DNA from: an uncultured Acidobacteriota bacterium
GTDB lineage: Bacteria; Acidobacteriota; Terriglobia; Acidiferrales; UBA7541
Reading direction: 5' to 3'
NCBI GenBank assembly: GCA_963709005.1
Contig: CAVPUS010000027.1
Location: 160,801-224,800 of the forward strand
DNA: 64,000 nucleotides
The position numbers and the translations under genes are program-made. The notes under the pieces are model-generated. The model saw only the letters and a list, made by a program, of their open reading frames with translations, ran no database searches and was not told where the DNA came from. Of this stretch, positions 8,231-18,025 are shown piece by piece; position 1 is the stretch's first letter; each line of letters begins with the position of its first letter.

Positions 8231-9595
8231 ATGGCGCCCGGAACGGAATCGAGCGGCAGCGCCGCGGAAACGCGGAAAGGTTCGCGATCGCTGCGCTACG
8301 CGTGGTACGTGGTTGGCGTGCTGACGCTCGTTTACGTTTTCTCCTTCCTTGACCGGCAAATCTTCAGCTTGATTGTCGCGCCGCTGCGGCGTGACCTGCA
8401 CATCAGCGACACGCAGGTGAGCCTGCTGCAGGGCTTCAGTTTCGCAGTTTTTTACACATTCTTCGGGATTCCCATCGGGCGGCTCGCCGACGTTTACAAC
8501 CGGCGAACGATCATCTTGCTGGGGCTTGTTCTCTGGAGCGCGTTCACGGCCGGGTGCGGGCTCGCGGGAACTTTCGCGCAGATGCTCCTGCTGCGAATGG
8601 GAGTGGGCGTGGGAGAAGCGGCGCTTTCTCCGGCGGCGTACTCCCTGATTACCGATTATTTCCCCCCGGCGCGGCTGGCCACGGCGATCAGCGTGTATGC
8701 CATGGGGATTTATATCGGGTCGGGATTGTCATTTTTGCTGGGCGGAGTCGCGGTGCGGTACGCGGCGACGCAGGAGATGTGGACGCTTCCGATTGTGGGC
8801 GTCATGCGTCCGTGGCAGCTTATTTTTTTTATTGTCGGGCTGCCGGGATTGCTGCTCGCGCCGCTGCTGTTTACGATTCGCGAGCCGGAGGCGGGCCGGG
8901 TGCGGGCGGGAGCGGCGGCTGTGCCGATGCGGAAGGTGTTCGCGTACATCGGAAAGAACCGGCGCGTGTTCTTGCTGCACAACATCGGATTCGGACTATT
9001 AGCTCTTTCCTCGTATGCGTCCGCTGCGTGGATACCGGAATTCTACCGGCGGCACTTTCACTGGGACGCTGGGACGACCGGCATCGTTTACGGTTCGATC
9101 GTGGCGGTGTTTGGCTGCCTGGGGATTGCGGGCGCGGGCCGGATCGCGGACCATCTGCGTTTGCGCGGGCGCGCCAATGCGAATTTGCTGGTGGGAGCGG
9201 TGGCCGGGGTCGTGCTTGTGCCGCTGAGCTGCTTGCTCTATCTCGCGCCGTCGGCGGCGTGGGCCACGATTTGGCTGATTCCGGCTGCGGCGTTTACGGC
9301 CGCGCCGTTCGGGATTGCTCCCGCGGCGATCCAGCAAATGATGCCGGCGTCAATGCGCGGGCAGGCTTCGGCCGTGTATTTGTTCTCGGTCAATATCATT
9401 GGCCTTGGAGTGGGCCCCACGGCGGTGGCGTTTTTCACGCAACACGTTTTCGCGCGCGACAGTGCGGTGCCGTATTCGCTGGCGATCGTGACATCGGCAT
9501 CCTGTGCGCTGGGGGCGGCGCTGCTGTACGCAGGGCTAAGGCCGTTTTTGGCGAGTCTCGACGGGCTGAAGCGCCACATCGAATCAGGCGCGTAG
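8231..9595 (+). CDS. MFS transporter
   Basis: About 12 predicted TM helices. MFS signature region GRLADVYNRRTIILLGLVLWS and LRMGVGVGEAALSPAAYSLI. Confidence 0.85.
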   Translation: MAPGTESSGSAAETRKGSRSLRYAWYVVGVLTLVYVFSFLDRQIFSLIVAPLRRDLHISDTQVSLLQGFSFAVFYTFFGIPIGRLADVYNRRTIILLGLVLWSAFTAGCGLAGTFAQMLLLRMGVGVGEAALSPAAYSLITDYFPPARLATAISVYAMGIYIGSGLSFLLGGVAVRYAATQEMWTLPIVGVMRPWQLIFFIVGLPGLLLAPLLFTIREPEAGRVRAGAAAVPMRKVFAYIGKNRRVFLLHNIGFGLLALSSYASAAWIPEFYRRHFHWDAGTTGIVYGSIVAVFGCLGIAGAGRIADHLRLRGRANANLLVGAVAGVVLVPLSCLLYLAPSAAWATIWLIPAAAFTAAPFGIAPAAIQQMMPASMRGQASAVYLFSVNIIGLGVGPTAVAFFTQHVFARDSAVPYSLAIVTSASCALGAALLYAGLRPFLASLDGLKRHIESGA

Positions 9596-9662
9596 GAGAT
9601 GATCGCGTCGCCGGCCGTGCTCTGGGAGACCATTTCGATATTCAGATTGGCATCGAGCGCGG

Positions 9663-9983
9663 CTAATCGAATTCGCGTCTCAGCGGATAGTCAACGATGA
9701 TGGCCCGCCCATCGGTGAGGGCCTTGACCGAATGGCGCGCATTTCCCGGCACAATCGCGACGAACCCAGCTCGGGCGATCTGGGCTTCGCCGTCAATGGT
9801 CACCTCCAGCTCGCCTTCGATAACTTCGTAAACTTCTTCTTGAGGATGGAAGTGCTCGTGAATGGACGAGCCACGCTTGAAGTCGTAATGCGCGAAGGTC
9901 ATGCTCGGTGAGTGGAAGTAGCGTCCACGCCAGCCCGGCAGGCGTTCGATGGTTTTGAGGCTGCTAGTGTCAATAAAGGGCAT
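9663..9983 (-). CDS. Cupin-domain protein
   Basis: 106 aa with cupin motifs (HEHFHPQEEVYEVIEGELEV ... IVPGNARHSV). Confidence 0.8.
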   Translation of the reverse strand: MPFIDTSSLKTIERLPGWRGRYFHSPSMTFAHYDFKRGSSIHEHFHPQEEVYEVIEGELEVTIDGEAQIARAGFVAIVPGNARHSVKALTDGRAIIVDYPLRREFD

Positions 9984-10094
9984 AAGGGCCTCTCTTCGGG
10001 CATCCTAGCACGGACACCTTGAACAGGATGAGCTTCGTACGGGAAACCTCCTTCGGACTCGCCAAGTTGAAAGCCTGTCCGTCGGCAGCAAATG

Positions 10095-10991
10095 CTAGTA
10101 AGAATTCTCCTCGATGAAGGGGATGACGATGTCGGAGAATTCGCGGGGTTTTTCAAGGTACATGAGGTGGCCGGTGCCGGTGACAACCACGCGGCGGGCG
10201 CGCGAGATGCCCGCTTCGATGGCTCCCGCGTGGGCGTGAACGTCAGGAATATCCTCATCGCCGACCAGAATGAGCGTAGGCACCTTGATTTCCTGCAAGC
10301 GGCCGAAGGCAGGCTTGGCGGGCAGGGCGAGCTCCGGGTGCGAGAGATCCTGAGGGTTTGCGGACAGGAGATCGAAGAGCTTCTTGCGCGCCGCCGTGTT
10401 TTCGTGGGCGATGAGGTATTTGTCGTTGGCCCATTGGGCAACGGCGCTTTTGACGTCGCCTTTTTCGAGGAACTCGTAGGCGGTCGTGCCGCGTTCGATG
10501 AAATGCCGGCTGTAGGGAAAGCCGCTAAGCACGGCGCCGACGAGAACGAGTTGCTGCACGATTTCGGGATGCTCGAGGGTGAAGTCGATGGAAAGCTCGC
10601 CGCCGTGCGAGCTGCCGACCAAAACCGCGCGCGAGACCTTTAGATGGCGCAGGAGCCGATTCAGGTCGTCCGTTTCGGAATGCCACGTGGTGGTGGCGGA
10701 AGAGTGGCCGTAGCCGCGGCGGTCGTAGCGGATGGCGTGGAAGTGCTTGCAGAAGTCGGGCCAAACGTCGTCCCAGACGGCGGAATGAAGAATGCCGTCG
10801 TGGATGAGGACGACGGTCTGCGGCGACGCGCCGCATTCCTCGTAGTAGATCCTGGAACCCTCCACTTGCAGGAAAGATCCCGGGCCGGGAGGCTGAGGAG
10901 GCGTGTCCGCGCTTTTTTGCGCGGCTCCGTTTTGGGCAAAAAGGGTCGCACTGAATAGAAGCACCGCACAGGAAGTGATCAGGGTTCGCAT
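10095..10991 (-). CDS. Secreted alpha/beta hydrolase
   Basis: Signal peptide MRTLITSCAVLLFSATLFAQ, an HG oxyanion region (VVLIHDGILHS), a nucleophile elbow GSSHGG and a C-terminal TGHLMYLEKP. Confidence 0.85.
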   Translation of the reverse strand: MRTLITSCAVLLFSATLFAQNGAAQKSADTPPQPPGPGSFLQVEGSRIYYEECGASPQTVVLIHDGILHSAVWDDVWPDFCKHFHAIRYDRRGYGHSSATTTWHSETDDLNRLLRHLKVSRAVLVGSSHGGELSIDFTLEHPEIVQQLVLVGAVLSGFPYSRHFIERGTTAYEFLEKGDVKSAVAQWANDKYLIAHENTAARKKLFDLLSANPQDLSHPELALPAKPAFGRLQEIKVPTLILVGDEDIPDVHAHAGAIEAGISRARRVVVTGTGHLMYLEKPREFSDIVIPFIEENSY

Positions 10992-11164
10992 CGCGTCCTC
11001 ACTTGTTGCAATGAATAAAATCCGCCGCCGCGCATCGGGGAGTGTATACGGCGCGTGGATCGGTTTTCAAGGAAACAGGTCGGGAGGGGGAAGATTAAAG
11101 GATTCGAGCCGTCTGTGCCGAGGCCGAAAAGGGCGCATGCAGCGTGTGCTAGACTCGCGGTCTT

Positions 11165-12361
11165 ATGGCGAAGGGCGCAAAGATACCGGCGACGACCATC
11201 ACCCACCTGGAATGCGCGAAGTGCGCGAAGACGCGTGCGCACGACACGCTGCAAAATCTGTGCGACTGCGGTGGCCCCTTGCTGGCGCGCTATGACCTGG
11301 CGCGGGCGGCGCGGACGCTGAACCGCGACGCCCTGAGATCGCGCGGCGCGACGATGTGGCGCTACGCGGAGGTGCTGCCTGCGGCCGAGCCCGTGACGCT
11401 GGGCGAGGGCATGACGCCGCTGCTGCGCGCGGCGCGACTCGGCAAGCGCATCGGGCTCGATGCGTTGTACGTGAAAGACGAGGGGCTCAATCCGACAGGA
11501 TCGTTCAAGGCGCGCGGAATGTCCGCAGCGGTTTCGCGGGCGAAGGAGTTGGGAGCGAAGGCCCTCGCGGCGCCGACAGCGGGGAATGCCGGTGGCGCGC
11601 TTGCGGCGTACGCGGCGCAGGCGGGAATTCCGTGCGTGATCGTTATGCCGGAGGACACGCCGGCGGCAAATGTGATGGAGTGCCGGGCGTTCGGCGCGGA
11701 CGTGCGAAAGATTGCAGGGCTGATCTCCGATTGCGGGAGGTATGTGGCCGAACACAAAACGAAGGAAGGCTGGTTCGAGGTTTCCACGCTCAAGGAGCCG
11801 TATCGCATCGAAGGAAAGAAAACGATGGGGTACGAGCTGTGGGAGCAGTTCGACGGCAAGCTTCCCGACGTGGTTATTTATCCGACGGGCGGGGGCGTGG
11901 GGCTGATCGGGATGGTGAAGGCGTTCGACGAAATGGAGGCGATGGGTTGGATTGGGCGCGCGCGTCCTCGCATGGTAGTTGTGCAAGCGGCGGGGTGCGC
12001 GCCGATTGTGGAGGCGTTTGCGAGCGGGGCCGAGAGCGCACCGTTCTGGGAAAATGCGGCAACAATCGCGTCGGGGCTGCGCGTGCCGAAGGCGCTGGGA
12101 GACTTTCTGGTTCTTGCCGGAATCCGGGCGACGGGAGGCACGGCAGTGGCGGCGAGCGATGAGGAGATGCTGGCCGCGGGGAGGGAACTCGCGTCACTCG
12201 AAGGAATTTTCGCTGCGCCGGAAGGCGCCGCCACGGTTGTCGCGGCGCAGAAGCTTGCGGCAAACGGTTGGATCAAGCCGCGGGAATGCCTGGCGCTGTT
12301 CAATACGGGATGCGGTTACAAATACACGGAAGCCTGGCAACGCGCGCTTACCGGAAACTGA
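11165..12361 (+). CDS. thrC: Threonine synthase (PLP-dependent, short type with an N-terminal Cys-rich segment)
   Basis: PLP-lysine motif NPTGSFKARG, the Gly-rich loop YPTGGGVGLIG and an N-terminal CAKC...CDCGG zinc-ribbon-like segment. Confidence 0.8.
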   Translation: MAKGAKIPATTITHLECAKCAKTRAHDTLQNLCDCGGPLLARYDLARAARTLNRDALRSRGATMWRYAEVLPAAEPVTLGEGMTPLLRAARLGKRIGLDALYVKDEGLNPTGSFKARGMSAAVSRAKELGAKALAAPTAGNAGGALAAYAAQAGIPCVIVMPEDTPAANVMECRAFGADVRKIAGLISDCGRYVAEHKTKEGWFEVSTLKEPYRIEGKKTMGYELWEQFDGKLPDVVIYPTGGGVGLIGMVKAFDEMEAMGWIGRARPRMVVVQAAGCAPIVEAFASGAESAPFWENAATIASGLRVPKALGDFLVLAGIRATGGTAVAASDEEMLAAGRELASLEGIFAAPEGAATVVAAQKLAANGWIKPRECLALFNTGCGYKYTEAWQRALTGN

Positions 12362-12386
12362 CCTGCTTTTAGCTCCCGAACGCATT

Positions 12387-12415
12387 TGGCGGCTCTTACC
12401 GCGTTTGCTAAAATG
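12387..12415 (+). promoter_or_regulatory. Sigma70-type promoter candidate for tRNA-Ala
   Basis: TTGGCG (12387-12392), a 17-nt spacer, then TAAAAT (12410-12415). The -10 element ends 12 nt before the mature tRNA 5' end. Confidence 0.5.
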
Positions 12416-12427
12416 AATGCGCTTCGT

Positions 12428-12503
12428 GGGCGTGTAGCTCAGTTGGGAGAGCGCATCGTTCGCAACGATGAGGCCGGGGGTTCGAGCCCCCCCACGTCCA
12501 CCA
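12428..12503 (+). tRNA. tRNA-Ala (anticodon CGC), CCA encoded
   Basis: Hand-folded cloverleaf. Acceptor GGGCGTG/CACGTCC with the G3:U70 alanine identity pair. Anticodon stem CATCG/CGATG with loop TTCGCAA. T arm GGGGG-TTCGAGC-CCCCC. Discriminator A plus CCA. Confidence 0.95.
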
Positions 12504-12529
12504 GTCTTTCGCTTCGTCCTCGATAAATC

Positions 12530-13774
12530 CTAGCGCTCGATTTCCAATTCCAGTGGGGAACGCGCATTCTGCGAATCACTGGTTTCCAGCTTACGCGATC
12601 CGGCCGGAAGGGATGCCACCGGCGGAATACGCGAAGGCGACTCGAGCAAATCGGCGATCTGCAATTGTAAATTGCCGGAATTTGTCGCGAACGAGAGACC
12701 CGTCTCAATGTCGACGACGCCCTCGCGCATGAATCTTTCGATTTCGCCGTCGAAATGGCGCATGCCGTCCGTTTCGCCGTCGCGCATGGCATCGAGCAGG
12801 GACTTTCCCTCCGTTTCGCCCTTCTCGACGTATTCGCGCGTGCGTACGGTGGATTTCAGGATCTCGAACGCAGCGATGCGGCCGGCGCCGTCGCGCCGGG
12901 GAATCAGGCGCTGGGAAATGATGTAGCGGAAGGCGCGAGCAAGCCGGTTGCGGACGGCGTTCTGGTCGCCGAGCGGAAATGCGCCGATGATGCGCTCCAC
13001 CGTCTTGGCCGCGTCGGTGGTGTGCAGCGTCGAGAACACGAGGTGGCCGGTCTCGGCGGCCTCGAGGGCCACTTCGATGGTTTCTTTGTCGCGCATTTCG
13101 CCCACCAGAATCACCTTCGGGGCCTGGCGCAGTGCGGCGCGCAAAGCCAGGGCGAAACTGGGAGTATCGCTGTGCAGCTCGCGCTGGTGAATGGTGGCGC
13201 GTTTGTGGGCGTGCAGAAACTCGATGGGATCCTCAATGGTGATGACGTGATACGCCTTCTCTTCGTTGATCTTGTTCAGAATGGCGGCGAGCGTGGAGGA
13301 TTTCCCGCTGCCGGTGGGCCCGGTGACGAGCACGATCCCGTTGCGCAACTCCGCTGTTTCTCCGATCTGCTCGGGCAGGGCCAGCGATTTGAAATCCGGC
13401 ACGGAGCTGGGAATCACGCGCATGACGATCGCGCAGCTTCCGCGCTGCGTGAAAATATTCACGCGGAACCGCGACAATTTCGGCAGGCTGTAGGACAGGT
13501 CGCAGGAGCCCTGCTCTTTCAATTTCTGGAGCGCCTGCGTGTTGCGGCCGATCAGGTCCGCTGCGATTCGCGCCGTATCTTCCGCACTGAGAATGCCGAC
13601 GCCGGGAATTTTCATTTGCATCAGCTGGCCGGCAACCTCGACTTGCGGCGCCCGTCCCGGTGAAAAGATGAGGTCGCTCGTGTTCTTGGACGACTTGATC
13701 AACGAGGAGATAATATTCGCGGTCGGCACGGCAGCCGCGCGGTGCGGGAGCTTCCGCCGGCTTTGCGGGAACAA
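12530..13774 (-). CDS. pilT: Type IV pilus retraction ATPase PilT with a roughly 45-aa C-terminal extension
   Basis: Walker A GPTGSGKSSTL, ITIEDPIEF, the AIRLA-like region ALRAALRQAPKVILVGEMRD and TGHLVFSTLHT. The tail after the core ends ...SRKLETSDSQNARSPLELEIER. Confidence 0.9.
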   Translation of the reverse strand: MFPQSRRKLPHRAAAVPTANIISSLIKSSKNTSDLIFSPGRAPQVEVAGQLMQMKIPGVGILSAEDTARIAADLIGRNTQALQKLKEQGSCDLSYSLPKLSRFRVNIFTQRGSCAIVMRVIPSSVPDFKSLALPEQIGETAELRNGIVLVTGPTGSGKSSTLAAILNKINEEKAYHVITIEDPIEFLHAHKRATIHQRELHSDTPSFALALRAALRQAPKVILVGEMRDKETIEVALEAAETGHLVFSTLHTTDAAKTVERIIGAFPLGDQNAVRNRLARAFRYIISQRLIPRRDGAGRIAAFEILKSTVRTREYVEKGETEGKSLLDAMRDGETDGMRHFDGEIERFMREGVVDIETGLSFATNSGNLQLQIADLLESPSRIPPVASLPAGSRKLETSDSQNARSPLELEIER

Positions 13775-13852
13775 TATTCGGAGTATCCATGCTTGTCCTC
13801 CCTCGATTCGACCGGGAGAGGGGCCGGCGCGTTTTCGAGTACGAATACGGGT

Positions 13853-15667
13853 TTAGTTCGACTTTGAAGCGATCAGCTCCGGCCCGTCGGCTTCATATGT
13901 TTCAAGCGCCACAGTCGGGAATTCAACCACAAAGGTAGCGCCGCCCTCGGGCCGGTTGACACATTCGATCCTGCCGCCATGCTCCTGAACGATTCCGTAG
14001 CAGATGCTCAAGCCGAGCCCCGTTCCTTTGCCCACCGGCTTGGTGGTGAAAAACGGATCGAAAACCTGCCCGGGAGACTTGACTCCGGGGCCGGTGTCGG
14101 AAAAGTCCACGAAGACCTTGGAGGAGCCATGCCCCGTACGGATGGTGAGTTTGCCTCCGCCGATTTCCTCGAGCGCGTCCACGGCATTGCTCATCAGGTT
14201 GAAACACACCTGAAGAATCTGGTTCGCGTCTCCTCGAACATGGGGCAAATCGGGCTCCGTGATGGTGACGACTTCAATGTTCTTCGCGCGTAGGTCGAGG
14301 TTGCTCAAATGCACGGCGCTGAGGACCACTTGATTGAGGTCAATATGGCTCTTCTCCGGAGGGACACGGCGGGCGAAGCTGAGCAGGCTGGTGACGAGAG
14401 TCTTGATGCGCCGCGAGAGCGTGCGAATCTTGTCCGCTACGGCGCGCTGGCGCTCTCCGAGCGCGGGATCCTCGGCCAGCAAGTCCGAATAGCCCAGAAT
14501 TCCGGTGAGCGGATTGTTGATTTCGTGAGCCGCGCCTGCCGCCAGTTGTCCGAGCGAGACGAGCTTCTCCGTCTGAACCATTTGCGACTGAAAATGCTTG
14601 AGATTTTCGAGCGACTCGCGGGAGGCCTCGAGGAGCCGGAGGCGGTCGCGATCCACCAGGCGCTGCCGGAAGAACATCAGCATAGCCACGACCACCAGCG
14701 TCACCTGCGTAACTCCGATGCGGAATGTGCGGACCGCCGGAGGCGCCGGACTAAAAAGCAAGGTCCAAAGCGTCATCAGAGGAATTGAAAGGACTGCCGC
14801 GGTGGCAACGCGAGCCATCCAGCGGCTTATGTCTTCCGTTTCCCTTGCGGGCGAGGCGTCGCGAGCCGGTTTCATGCGGTAGGCGATGATCCCGGCGGTT
14901 CCAAACCATACGAAGGATGCCACCAAAGGTAAGTCGAAGGGGCTGCCGGAGTAGTAGTCCTGGCGATCGATAGCCCGGTTCGTGATATAGGAACCAGCTG
15001 CGTACAGCAACGAGGCGCTGAAGAGATGGGCGTAAACGTCGCGCCAGCCTCCGCGCGCGCGCGTGATCAGAAAGCCAAAGCCCACGGCAAGGAGCATGTT
15101 TTCCACCGCAGCGAGGTGGTCGTAGCTCAGACCGTACGCGAGCACGCTCGGTACAATGTATTGCCAGGGGATTACCACGAACAGATACAGGAAGACCCAC
15201 CAGACGAGCAGAAGCGAGGAATCAAGATAACCGATGCGGACATTCAGGTCGTCCCGCAAATCATGCGGCTTCAGGGCCAATGCCACAATCATGGGCACGG
15301 GGTGAAGGAAGAGAATGACGTCGCCAGTAAAGGGATTCGGAACATTCTGCTGGAGCACCACTTCGAAGTAGGTCCAGGTAATTTGCCCTACGAACCATAA
15401 GGCACAGCCGAAGGCGAGGAGCAGCCAGAAAGCGCGCGTCCGGCGCTGATGACAAAACGCGTTCATCGCCAAGCCGACGCATGCAAAGAGAGCGGCGAAA
15501 CACTGAGCGATGTCGCCAAATGCTGTGAGCGCCCGCCCACTGGGGGCTATCAGGGAAGTAAGGGAATAGCCCCCGACCAGCACAATCCAAGCCACAAGGA
15601 GCGCCCAGCTTGTGGCGGGCAATCCTTGCAAAATGCTCCCGAACGATGAGGAGGCGGGCTTCGTCAT
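13853..15667 (-). CDS. Sensor histidine kinase with a polytopic (about 8-10 TM) N-terminal domain
   Basis: HisKA H-box LAAGAAHEINNPL. HATPase N, G1 and G2 boxes (NLMSNAVDAL, DTGPGV, GKGTGLGLSI). No response regulator gene is adjacent. Confidence 0.85.
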   Translation of the reverse strand: MTKPASSSFGSILQGLPATSWALLVAWIVLVGGYSLTSLIAPSGRALTAFGDIAQCFAALFACVGLAMNAFCHQRRTRAFWLLLAFGCALWFVGQITWTYFEVVLQQNVPNPFTGDVILFLHPVPMIVALALKPHDLRDDLNVRIGYLDSSLLLVWWVFLYLFVVIPWQYIVPSVLAYGLSYDHLAAVENMLLAVGFGFLITRARGGWRDVYAHLFSASLLYAAGSYITNRAIDRQDYYSGSPFDLPLVASFVWFGTAGIIAYRMKPARDASPARETEDISRWMARVATAAVLSIPLMTLWTLLFSPAPPAVRTFRIGVTQVTLVVVAMLMFFRQRLVDRDRLRLLEASRESLENLKHFQSQMVQTEKLVSLGQLAAGAAHEINNPLTGILGYSDLLAEDPALGERQRAVADKIRTLSRRIKTLVTSLLSFARRVPPEKSHIDLNQVVLSAVHLSNLDLRAKNIEVVTITEPDLPHVRGDANQILQVCFNLMSNAVDALEEIGGGKLTIRTGHGSSKVFVDFSDTGPGVKSPGQVFDPFFTTKPVGKGTGLGLSICYGIVQEHGGRIECVNRPEGGATFVVEFPTVALETYEADGPELIASKSN

Positions 15668-15854
15668 GGCGCTGTATCAAACGGGCCGCTGCTATGGATT
15701 AGGGTACGATTTTCGCTGGAAGGGGTCGAAACGAATTTGTCCCAAGTTCCGTGGCTAGCAATAGTTAGCAGCAGCGCTGCCTGAATAGGCAACGCGTGTG
15801 AGGCGAAGGGATAGGCAGCAATTACCAGAGCTTCAAAAGTGACTCTAGGTTGCG

Positions 15855-17465
15855 CTACGGATGTGTGCTTTGCGAGGCTTCGCGCTCGGCCACAATCTTC
15901 CGGGCGTTCTGGTAGAGCGCCCTGGCCTGCGGAATTTCTTCGGCGGCTTTCTCGAGTTGCACATCATTTTGGAGATCCACCTTATAGCCGTCATTCAGGC
16001 CGAAAACGGCGGTGAAAACCTCGCGCTTGATCTTCCACTTCAGCCAGGCAAGATTGTCCTGAATGTCGGGCTCGGTGAACTTGATGTGCAACTGGTCCAA
16101 ATACTTGCGGAACTCGCCGATAACAGCGTCGCCTGCCGTGAAATCCTTGGTCACATCCGGCTTTTCGCCCAGATAGAAGCGCGTGAAATCGCCCACGCCA
16201 TTCGGAAATGGGTAGAGCACGCCGCGGCGCATGAGAATCTGCTCGAACTCATTCAACTTGGGGGCCGCAAAGACCACATCCGGCGTAATCCCGCCTCCGC
16301 CGAAGACTTGGCGTCCACTGTCGGTTAATTTGACTTCGGGAGCGTGCGGCGGCTGCGGATTGTAATGATAGTCGTACAGCGAGATGTTCTTGTAGTCGCG
16401 CTGGATCAAGCGCCCGCTGGGCGTATAGTAACGCGCGGTGGTCAAGAGGAGCGCCGTATCCTCGCTCAGTGGGTACTGCGTCTGGACCAGCCCTTTGCCG
16501 AAACTGGTCTCGCCCACGATCAATCCCCGGTCGTGGTCCTGAATCGCACCCGCCACAATTTCGGAAGCCGACGCGCTCTGCCCGTTCACCAGAATCACCA
16601 GCGGAACCGCAACACCTTGGTTCCCGCGCACCGCGTAATAACGGCGGTCCGGTGACGAGCGCCCGTGATGCGAAACCACAAGCTCGTTCTTGTCCAGAAA
16701 CATATCGGCCATGCCAACAGCCTGATTCAGAAGTCCGCCGCCATTGTTGCGCAGGTCGATGATCATCCCGTCGAGCTTGGACACGTCAAGCTGCCGCATC
16801 GCTTCGGCAAGGTCGCTGTCGGTGGTCTCGTTGAACGTGAAGACGCGCACGTAGCCGATTCCCGGCTTGATCATCGTCGAGTATTCGACGCCGGGGCGGG
16901 GAATTTCATCGCGCACCACGGTAACCTCGATCGGTTTGTCCCATCCCTCGCGGCCCAGGGTGATGTGGACCGTGGTCCCCTTCGCCCCCTTGAGCATGTC
17001 GGCCACTTCGGTAGTGGTTAGCCCTTCGCACGCCTTGCCGTTCACTTTTTGGATGATGTCGCCCGGGCGAATGCCCGCCTTGTAGGCCGGCGAGCCGACG
17101 AACGGAGCCAGCACGATCGTCTGATTTTCGCGCTGCTGCACGGTCATGCCGACGCCGTAGTATTTTCCCTGCTGTTCTTCCTTAAAAATGGCGTACTGGC
17201 GCGGGTCGAAGAAATTCGAGTGCGGGTCAAGAACGCGGAGCATGCCGGGAATGGCGCCGTCGTAGATTACTTTGTCCACGTCCACGGGATCGGCGTAATT
17301 CCGCTCGACGATGGACAGCACGCGGGTGAAATTCTTCACCGAGTCCTGCATGTCCGACGAGCCGGCGGCCGTTGCCCGCATCGTGGGTCCAAAGAGGCCT
17401 CCCACCAAGGCGGATATTCCCAATACAAGCACCAGAACAACGACACCGCGCTTCGAATCTTGCAT
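15855..17465 (-). CDS. Carboxyl-terminal processing protease (S41 family, PDZ domain)
   Basis: PDZ segment (GSPAYKAGIRPGDIIQKVNG), the S41 catalytic region LVNGQSASASEIVAGA and GETSFGKGLVQ. The start is set at MQDSKRG before the TM/signal segment. Confidence 0.9.
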   Translation of the reverse strand: MQDSKRGVVVLVLVLGISALVGGLFGPTMRATAAGSSDMQDSVKNFTRVLSIVERNYADPVDVDKVIYDGAIPGMLRVLDPHSNFFDPRQYAIFKEEQQGKYYGVGMTVQQRENQTIVLAPFVGSPAYKAGIRPGDIIQKVNGKACEGLTTTEVADMLKGAKGTTVHITLGREGWDKPIEVTVVRDEIPRPGVEYSTMIKPGIGYVRVFTFNETTDSDLAEAMRQLDVSKLDGMIIDLRNNGGGLLNQAVGMADMFLDKNELVVSHHGRSSPDRRYYAVRGNQGVAVPLVILVNGQSASASEIVAGAIQDHDRGLIVGETSFGKGLVQTQYPLSEDTALLLTTARYYTPSGRLIQRDYKNISLYDYHYNPQPPHAPEVKLTDSGRQVFGGGGITPDVVFAAPKLNEFEQILMRRGVLYPFPNGVGDFTRFYLGEKPDVTKDFTAGDAVIGEFRKYLDQLHIKFTEPDIQDNLAWLKWKIKREVFTAVFGLNDGYKVDLQNDVQLEKAAEEIPQARALYQNARKIVAEREASQSTHP

Positions 17466-17584
17466 GCGTCCTCGCTTTGCCCCCAAAAGAGCAGTATAGC
17501 ATATAACTTTTGACGTGTTTGACACGCCATCGGGCCTCTTCTATGATGCAAAAAGGCATCTAAAAGAGCGCTGAAAAAGAGTCA

Positions 17585-18025
17585 ATGCTTAGCATCCCTC
17601 ACCTGATTATCATCTTCATCGTGGCCCTGGTCGTTTTTGGCCCCGAGAAGCTGCCTGAACTGGCCCGCAATCTCGGCAAAGTGATGGCCGAATTCCGGCG
17701 CGCGACGGGCGAGTTTCGCAGCACGTTTGAAGACCATCTCCGCGACCTCGAACGCGAATCAGAGCAGCGCCGCATCGGCGGAGCCACCCCAGCGCCAGGC
17801 GCATCCGCTGCGCCGTCTGCCCCGGCGGCTCCGCCCATGACTCTGGCCGAAGCCACCGTGCCCGCCACGCCGCCCCAGGCCGCCGTTGGCGCGCCCCCTG
17901 TGAGTGAAGACCCTGCCGTCCGCGCCGACGCACACGAACCCGCTGCATCCGAGCCCGAGTCTGACCAGTCCCATCCACACCCTGGCGTTGAGAAATCGAG
18001 CGATGGCGGACTCCCCACAGCCTGA
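17585..18025 (+). CDS. tatA: Twin-arginine translocase TatA/TatB-family protein with an Ala/Pro-rich tail
   Basis: The N-terminus MLSIPHLIIIFIVALVVFGPEKLPELARNLGKVMAEFRR is the canonical TatA/B TM helix plus amphipathic helix. At 146 aa it may be functionally TatB-like. Confidence 0.85.
   Translation: MLSIPHLIIIFIVALVVFGPEKLPELARNLGKVMAEFRRATGEFRSTFEDHLRDLERESEQRRIGGATPAPGASAAPSAPAAPPMTLAEATVPATPPQAAVGAPPVSEDPAVRADAHEPAASEPESDQSHPHPGVEKSSDGGLPTA

Noticed and set aside
8554-9666. A 370-aa alternative-frame ORF inside the MFS transporter gene.
   Set aside because: It is an Arg/Gly/Ala-rich out-of-frame translation of a gene with clear MFS motifs and TM periodicity in the annotated frame.
17904-18002. 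Earlier start for tatC (ORF-track start at 17904).
   Set aside because: It would overlap most of the tatA tail in another frame. The conserved TatC sequence begins shortly after the Met at 18003.
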